The notes beneath the pieces were generated by a model that searched no databases, was not told the origin of the DNA, and was given only the letters and a program-made list of their open reading frames with translations. A stretch of DNA of 53,276 nt, taken from the IMG/VR virus record IMGVR_UViG_3300034152_000987, positions 1-53,276 of that record; one strand, 5' to 3'. The position numbers and the translations under genes were made by a program. Positions 47,193 to 53,276 of this stretch are shown in pieces (position 1 is the first letter of the stretch; every line of letters starts with the position of its first letter). The stretch comes from a virus. Taxonomy: Duplodnaviria > Caudoviricetes.

Positions 47193-47993
47193 ATGAGGAT
47201 TTTCACGGCCCAATACCGTTATTCCGGTCCAGACAGATTGGACGTGACGGTCAAAGGGCAAGACCCAGTCGGCAAGGCGTTCGCCCCAACGTGGGAAATG
47301 GTCAAAGGGGTGAAAAATGGTTTCTTTTCGGAAGATGATTACTTGTCCCGCTACAAGCCGATTTTGGACCGAGGACTCGCTTCCTCAGGCGGGGCGTTTG
47401 AAAACAAGGAAAAAGTCGTGCTTGTTTGTTTTTGCGGTCCTGGCACGTTCTGTCATCGAATAACGATGGCGGAAGAAATGGAGCGCAGAGGAATCGGCGT
47501 TTACGAAGGGGAAATAAATCTCGGAAAGGCCCCTGATTGGCAACCTGGAGATTTGCTTGCCATTGAAAGGGGAGTGGTGGTTCACCAGGTGAACGCCAAA
47601 GGAGTCATGGGGGCTGGGATTGCTCTTCAATTCAGAAAGAAACACCCAGCCATGTATGAAGCGTATCGAAACTTGTGCTCAATTCAAACCAAAGACGGGT
47701 TGAAACTCGGCAAAATATTTTTGTGGAGGGCCTCAGACAAACTGATTGTCGCGAATTTTTGCGGCCAAGACGGGTTGGGAAGAAGCCGCAGACAAACTGA
47801 GTACTGGGCTCTCCGCCAATGTTTGAACAAATTGAAAAGTTGGCTTCAACTCAATTCAGAGCTGACTGGAAAGGAGGAACAAATCAACTTTCCTTGGAAA
47901 ATGGGATGCTCGTTGGGAGGAGGAAATTGGTACTTGGTTCATTCAATGATTAAAAACGTTTTTCCAAAAGCTAGAATCATAAGGAAAACGTGA
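47193..47993 (+). CDS. DUF488-like N-terminal domain fused to a macrodomain (Poa1p/DarG-like)
   Basis: N-terminal FAPTW...VLVCFC....CHR; C-terminal GDLL...VHQVNAKGVMGAGIALQF...PWKMGCSLGGGNW. Confidence 0.78.
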   Translation: MRIFTAQYRYSGPDRLDVTVKGQDPVGKAFAPTWEMVKGVKNGFFSEDDYLSRYKPILDRGLASSGGAFENKEKVVLVCFCGPGTFCHRITMAEEMERRGIGVYEGEINLGKAPDWQPGDLLAIERGVVVHQVNAKGVMGAGIALQFRKKHPAMYEAYRNLCSIQTKDGLKLGKIFLWRASDKLIVANFCGQDGLGRSRRQTEYWALRQCLNKLKSWLQLNSELTGKEEQINFPWKMGCSLGGGNWYLVHSMIKNVFPKARIIRKT

Positions 47994-48282
47994 AAGGAGG
48001 CTGGCATGTTCACTCACGTTTCGCGAGATGAAAGAGAAGAACGTCTTCACTTCTCTCATTTGTACAAATACGTGTCAGCGTATGAGTACACAAAAGAGGG
48101 ATTGAAAGAACTTGTTGAAGACGTTGAGTTTGCCGTAGAGAAAGCCAATGAACTCCGTGAACCGGTCATTGTGGATCAAGACGGTGAAATGTGCTTTCAC
48201 GTTCACCCTAATGGAAACATAACTCTCATGCTCCCGTGGAAACGTTACAAAATCATACGGGAATAGAAAGGAGGAATGATTC

Positions 48283-48756
48283 ATGTCAACCACGGCAATG
48301 GAATTGAAGTCAGAAGTTCACGTCCCGTTCATCACGGCCGGGAAGGCGTTGGTGGAATTCAGCAGTTTGAGGAAAGAATTCAAGGTGATTTATCAAATCA
48401 CTAAACACGAAGAAAAAGATTTGTGGTTCGTCTCAGTTCAATTCCGTTTTCCGGCGACTGAAGACGAACCGTTTGGCAAAATCAAGTTCGCTTACGTCGG
48501 GGCCATATTCGAAGACCTTGTTTTCAGACACACCAAGAGAAGCAAAGTGTCTCCAACGTCCAAAGCGTTCCTCGGTTTCAAATTCGTGTGGGACGCTCTG
48601 GTAGCCAAAAATCTTCCTGATTACGTGGCAATCAAACATTTGGGCAGATGCGGTCGTTGCGGCAGACGCCTTAGCGACCCCAAGTCCATGGAAAGAGGGT
48701 TCGGCCCTCATTGTTGGAAGTTTGTCAATGAAGAAGACCCTGAATTGGAGGCTTGA
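48283..48756 (+). CDS. DUF6011-domain protein
   Basis: C-terminal GRCGRCGRRLSDPKSMERGFGPHC. Confidence 0.7.
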   Translation: MSTTAMELKSEVHVPFITAGKALVEFSSLRKEFKVIYQITKHEEKDLWFVSVQFRFPATEDEPFGKIKFAYVGAIFEDLVFRHTKRSKVSPTSKAFLGFKFVWDALVAKNLPDYVAIKHLGRCGRCGRRLSDPKSMERGFGPHCWKFVNEEDPELEA

Positions 48757-48772
48757 AGAAAGGAGGAAAGAA

Positions 48773-49267
48773 ATGTTCGAGTTTGAGGAAAACGCAATCA
48801 AAGAGTTCAAAGGCGAGCATCGTTTTTTGTCCAACTTTTGGAAACAAGAACAAAGCGTCGCGTTCTTGATTGGGTCAGAGGAGGTGGAACTGACTTTTCC
48901 CACCAATGAACATTTTTATCAAGCAAGCAAGGCGAGCACGTTTGACGGTTTGATATACGTCAAAGAAGCCGAAACCCCTGGACAAGCCAAGCGCCGAGGA
49001 AGGTCGGTCAGTCACAGAAAGGACTGGGAAGAAGTGAAAGAAGCCATCATGCTGGCCGGTCTTAGAGTCAAATTCAGAAACCCCTCTCTCAGAAGACGAC
49101 TCGTCGCGACTTGGCCCAGACAACTTGTCGAAGGAAACTGGTGGAACGACAAGTTCTGGGGAGTGTGTCTCAAAACCAACGAGGGAGAGAACAAGTTGGG
49201 CGAATTGCTGATGAAGGTCAGAGAAGAGGTCATGGATGAGAACGTTGAAACTTTGTTCCATGATTGA
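48773..49267 (+). CDS. NADAR (YbiA-like) ADP-ribosyl hydrolase
   Basis: FLSNF, PTNEHFYQASK, AKRRGR, DWEEVK, LVEGN.W.D.FWG, GEN.LG.LLM.VR. Confidence 0.9.
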   Translation: MFEFEENAIKEFKGEHRFLSNFWKQEQSVAFLIGSEEVELTFPTNEHFYQASKASTFDGLIYVKEAETPGQAKRRGRSVSHRKDWEEVKEAIMLAGLRVKFRNPSLRRRLVATWPRQLVEGNWWNDKFWGVCLKTNEGENKLGELLMKVREEVMDENVETLFHD

Positions 49268-49929
49268 TTCGCCGCCGCGGTTTCAGCGTCCGTCCACCGA
49301 CGTCGCGGCGTCTCAGCGTCCGTCAAAAGTGAAGAAAAGCAAATTAAGGAAGTCGCCCGCTCGCGACTCCGCCCAAAGGGCGGGCCGCTCGCAGGGCTCC
49401 GCCAATTCATGTTCCCGCCACCCGCCCCCTCCTAGAAAGCGCGAAGCTCGCGGGCGGGGCGGGCTGGCGGCCCGCCTAGCGTCCGTTCCCTCTCTTTTGA
49501 ACTCAGTCGCGCGCTCTGAAAGAAGCGGAAAGAAAGCGAATGAAGCCAAAGCGCGCCCCTTGGGCAGGGTTTTCCGTCAGCGTCCGATTTCCCAATTGAA
49601 TGAGGTTGAACGAAAAACAAACGAAAAGCGGAAGAAAGGAGGCGAGAGAAAGTGACTTTCAAAACAGAGGAAACGCTCGAAGCGTGGAGTGAAGAAGTGA
49701 GGAAAATCAGAACCAACGACCGAAAGAAAGTCGGGGCGTTGACCGTCGCCATGACGAAAAGAGAGCGCTTGGCGACGATTGCCGAACGCGCGTGCGGAGC
49801 CGAGAGGGAGTTGGAAAGACTGTCGGCGACAATCGTGAGAAGAAGAATGAAGGTGAAGGTGAAGAGCGTCCAGCCCTCGCCCGCGAGGAGCGCGCAAACG
49901 ACTGACCAAACTGAGAAAGGAGAAGCGTC

Positions 49930-51297
49930 ATGAAGAAAAGGGAAGAGAAAGCGGCAATGGCGACCGTCATCGGAGAAACGCAAGTGTTCGGCGGTCATCT
50001 CGTCCACCCGAAAGCGTTGAACGCGTTGAGAGCGTTGATTGAAGCCGAAGGAGAGGCGTTCCGCGCCAGAGCCGTCGCGTTCGTTGAGGAAGAGTCGAGC
50101 GACGGCAGAATCGGCTGCTGGATGAGCGACTTGAAGATGATTGTGATTTATTTGGGCTCTCTGTTGGAAGAGTCCAAAAAGAGGTGTTTGGAAAACCCAA
50201 ACGGCATGGCGGTGATGGCGGAATGCTGGGTGAATCTCATCTACGTCATGGCCCACGAAATCGGGCACGCCTTGGCCGACGTGCACGGAGAAGGGGCGAC
50301 GAAAGAGGAAATCGAAGCGTCTTGCGAAGAGTACGGGGCGGAAAAGTTCGAAGCTTTGGTGGAGTCAAACGAAGTGGACGTGGAGCCTCCGCCCAATCGC
50401 GAAGTTCCTTTTCTGCCCACCCGATTCGTCACCTGGCTGGCGAAGGCCGCTGAAGAGGAAAAGCTGAGACCTTGGGTCGCGAAACAAATGGAAATGTTCG
50501 ACGCCGACGCGATGTTCGACCCTGAAGCCGGAAGCGTCGACACCATGAAAAGCTTCATCGACGCGTGCCCGGGCCTAGAGCAAAGAAGGAAAGAGCAATC
50601 GAGCGTTGAAGTCAAAATGAGCGCTCCTGAAGACGAGCCGGCCCCGGAGCCTCGAGAAAGCGTCGAAACGATTGCCGGAACGGACCCGTTCGCCGACGGG
50701 GCGGGAGAATTCGCCCCGACGCTTCCGAGGCAAAGCGACGATGAAGAGGAAGAGGAAGAGCCGTTCTTCGAGAGCGATGAAGTGGAAAAGCGAAGCGCGG
50801 CTGGCGTGGCTCCGAATCCGGCGGAAGAGCCGGCTTGGAAGAAAATCTACTTGGCGCTGGACACGAGCGTTTGGGAAAAGTGCCGTCCGGAAAATCCCGC
50901 CGCCGGGGCGGAAAGCCTGAGAGCCGACCCTCCGCGCGTCGACCCGGCGCTCTTGGCTGAAGTCGGGTTCGACAAATGCAGGTGGATTCAACTGGAAAAC
51001 CCGAACGAAAAGGCGAAATGGGCTTGGAGGGAACGCCCAATTGAAGACGGCGTGATTCAGTGCGTGATTTTCAAAACCTCCAAACTGCCCAGCTTCCACT
51101 TGTTCAGCTCAAAAGCGAACCAGTGGGTGAAAGTCATTCCTCAAAACCCGGCGACGGGGTCGGATTCGGCGAAGGAAGCCAAACGCGGAAACAGAATATC
51201 GTTCGTGATAGCCGACCCTGCGCCCGGCTCCGGCGTCAAAGACAGTCAATTCGTCGGCAAAATCGTCAACGGCGAGTATGAAAGAATAGTGAAATGA
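49930..51297 (+). CDS. Acidic protein with HExxH metallopeptidase-like motif
   Basis: 455 aa; VMAHEIGHA followed by EEIEA; acidic Pro-rich linker. Confidence 0.6.
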   Translation: MKKREEKAAMATVIGETQVFGGHLVHPKALNALRALIEAEGEAFRARAVAFVEEESSDGRIGCWMSDLKMIVIYLGSLLEESKKRCLENPNGMAVMAECWVNLIYVMAHEIGHALADVHGEGATKEEIEASCEEYGAEKFEALVESNEVDVEPPPNREVPFLPTRFVTWLAKAAEEEKLRPWVAKQMEMFDADAMFDPEAGSVDTMKSFIDACPGLEQRRKEQSSVEVKMSAPEDEPAPEPRESVETIAGTDPFADGAGEFAPTLPRQSDDEEEEEEPFFESDEVEKRSAAGVAPNPAEEPAWKKIYLALDTSVWEKCRPENPAAGAESLRADPPRVDPALLAEVGFDKCRWIQLENPNEKAKWAWRERPIEDGVIQCVIFKTSKLPSFHLFSSKANQWVKVIPQNPATGSDSAKEAKRGNRISFVIADPAPGSGVKDSQFVGKIVNGEYERIVK

Positions 51298-51791
51298 GAG
51301 CGTTGAGAGGAGTGGTGAAAGCGGGAGGATTGGTCGTGACCAAAGAAGGCCCGTCATTCTGGGTCGCGCCGGAACAAGGGTTCGAAATCGGAGACAAGGT
51401 TTGGGCGTGCTACGACTTCACCAAAAACAGAGTTCGAAAGGTCATGAAAAGAGGAGGCTCGCTGAAAGAAGGGGCGAAGGAACCGAAAGAACTAAAAGAA
51501 GAAGCCCCTCAAATTCTTCTGGAAGAGCTGAACGAGTGGCCGTCGAGCGTAATTGAATGGGAAGTTGAAGAGCGTCCAACCCTTGACGGCGAAGAATGAA
51601 AATGAAAATGAAGGGGAAGAGCGTCCGCGACCCCTTGCGGCGAAAGATTGAGGAGCGGAGTTGGCCGCTCCGACGCATAGCGGCGCCATACCGGAGCTTG
51701 AACCGCTCGAGAGAGAGTGGGAAGTAAAGCCAGAGCCGCGCGACAAAGGCCCAACGATTGAAAACCGACGGACTGGAAAGGAGAAATCAAA

Positions 51792-52628
51792 ATGGCTGGA
51801 GGAAACAGAGGTTTGGCAAGCTTGACGGTGATGAACGCAAGAGTCGGAAACGGCATGTCCTTCGTTCCCGCCCATCTCAAGAACGGGTTGGGCGTCAACG
51901 ATTGCGTGAAATTCTCCGGGTTGGTCAACTTGGACGGAGGCGACGGCGAACCGCTGGCCCTGGACTTCACGGCTTGGGGGCGGCTGGCTCGAATGATCGC
52001 TTTCGGGCTGCCCAAGGGAACCACGTTCTTCGCCCGCTGCAGGCCCAACAGCTATCGGGGAAGGGTGTACGAAGTGTCAGGACACGACGAGAAGGGAGAC
52101 CCGATCTATCAGCCCATGATGAAGGCTGACGGGACGGGGCCGAGAACCACGCAAAAGGTCGGGTTCACGATCATCTCCAATCAGTTCCTGTTCGGCGACC
52201 CGTCTCAGAGGCAGATAGACGTGGAAATCGCCCACAATCTTCGCGACCCCAATTGGAACTCCACCCCTGAAGGCAAGGCGGCTTGGAAGCTTCAAATCCA
52301 AGAAAGGCAAAAGTGGCCTCAGCTGCCCGTCGACCTGGCCGCGAAGACGTACGGGTACGCTCGTCTTCAACTTCCGACCGGGGCGGAAATGACGTTCACG
52401 CAAGGTCTGCCGGAACAGCACCGGAGAACGACCGGGGCGCCGACGCCGAGATTGGACGCGTCGCCCACAAGCGCAAACGGGGGAGACAGCGCGGTTGGCA
52501 ACATGGCCGCACAAGTGGCGGCCGCTGCCGCCGGAACGAATCCGACGCCGGCTCCGAACACGGGAGCGGGAGTCCACCATCGTCTGCCGGCCCAAATGAC
52601 GGCTGGAGGCTTTGAAGGTCTGTATTAG
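51792..52628 (+). CDS. Divergent single-stranded DNA-binding protein (OB-fold-like)
   Basis: FTAWGRLA...LPKG motif as in SSBs and a disordered Ala/Pro/Gly C-terminal tail ending GGFEGLY. Confidence 0.5.
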   Translation: MAGGNRGLASLTVMNARVGNGMSFVPAHLKNGLGVNDCVKFSGLVNLDGGDGEPLALDFTAWGRLARMIAFGLPKGTTFFARCRPNSYRGRVYEVSGHDEKGDPIYQPMMKADGTGPRTTQKVGFTIISNQFLFGDPSQRQIDVEIAHNLRDPNWNSTPEGKAAWKLQIQERQKWPQLPVDLAAKTYGYARLQLPTGAEMTFTQGLPEQHRRTTGAPTPRLDASPTSANGGDSAVGNMAAQVAAAAAGTNPTPAPNTGAGVHHRLPAQMTAGGFEGLY

Positions 52629-52639
52629 AAACCCAAAGT

Positions 52640-52687
52640 CAAGCGGGGAGTCTGGCAAGCTTCCCGCTTGGCTCAAAATTTTTTTTT
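52640..52687 (+). terminator. Rho-independent terminator candidate
   Basis: CAAGCGGGGAG...CTTCCCGCTTG hairpin followed shortly by a T-run, between convergent genes. Confidence 0.6.
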
Positions 52688-52878
52688 AAAAAACAAAAAA
52701 TTTTTGATTTGGCGTCAAATTTTTCCGCAAACGGCGAGAAAATTGGAAAGGACGAAGAATTGAAAATGACAATGAAGGTTTGGAATTGAATCGTTTAAAA
52801 AAATTCACTTCGTTTTTTGAGTTCGAGCTTGAATTTTCCTTCGACGAGCTGAAATCGACTTGGACCGCGCAATTGAAT

Positions 52879-53166
52879 TCACTGACGAAACCGCTCTTTT
52901 TTTCCAGGCATCTCTCTGCCACTGCGACCGTCAACTCTGTCATAACAGTTCTTGTAATGACTGTCAAGAACTTCAGCGACTTTGTCCGGTCCTCCGAACA
53001 TGTTGCACGTCGCGTCAATCAAGACGTCCAGCGTTTCGGACCTGCCGATCGTTCTGCCGTTCAAGCCGGACAGCTTCTCTGACATCTTGTTCAAAGCGTT
53101 CAAACGTTCTTCTTCCATCGTGACGGACGTTCTCGTCTTCATGACTGACTCCTTTTCAAGACGCAA
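52879..53166 (-). CDS. Ribbon-helix-helix-like small regulator
   Basis: MKTRTSVTMEEERLNALNKM...IGRSETLDVLID beta-alpha-alpha pattern. Confidence 0.45.
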   Translation of the reverse strand: MRLEKESVMKTRTSVTMEEERLNALNKMSEKLSGLNGRTIGRSETLDVLIDATCNMFGGPDKVAEVLDSHYKNCYDRVDGRSGREMPGKKERFRQ

Positions 53167-53177
53167 AGCGCCATGGC

Positions 53178-53276
53178 TGTAAAACGTTGCAACGCAACTT
53201 CAGGTTACAAAGCGTTGCGACGTAGCTATAAAGTATTACGATATAGCTTCAGGTTATAAAGTATTACGATATAGCT
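53178..53276. repeat. Tandem repeat: four 22-bp units in two 49-bp blocks, running to the window end
   Basis: TATAAAGTATTACGATATAGCT at 53227 and 53255; variants TGTAAAACGTTGCAACGCAACT (53178) and TACAAAGCGTTGCGACGTAGCT (53206); shared TCAGGT linker. Confidence 0.85.

Noticed and set aside
49236-52676. Many long overlapping and antisense ORFs (e.g. 49432-50286, 50575-51099, 52077-52676)
   Set aside because: Expected by-product of TA depletion removing TAA/TAG in all frames; they lack SD sites and recognisable motifs.

Overview
A 53 kb piece of a large tailed dsDNA phage genome with two divergent arms. The minus-strand arm (1-39.6 kb) holds two modular tail or receptor-binding proteins and a free-standing endonuclease. 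It also holds the head module: major capsid, probable decoration and scaffold proteins, prohead protease, portal, holin-like genes and terminase. Accessory genes follow (HD hydrolase, dNMP kinase, cold-shock protein, M15 peptidase, actin-fold ATPase, ClpP, HTH replication initiator, HslV-like protease, NDP kinase, PagL-like lipid A deacylase, pyrimidine-dimer glycosylase). The plus-strand arm (39.8-52.6 kb) looks like an early region: small ORFs with strong SD sites, repeated double-hairpin elements, candidate ncRNAs, a SLOG / DUF488-macrodomain / NADAR cluster and an SSB-like gene. Three things stand out. (1) The major capsid gene can be rebuilt base by base as 5 exons (180+29+29+40+790 nt, 355 aa) split by four closely packed group I introns, two with LAGLIDADG genes and one a mosaic of its neighbours; the terminase also carries a LAGLIDADG intein. 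(2) The TpA dinucleotide is extremely depleted across the resident genome but not in apparently recent inserts, with a tandem repeat that seems to record TA-to-CA/TG/CG transitions. (3) The early region uses a repeated overlapping-hairpin element between genes. All product names come from motif recognition by eye; no database search was run.
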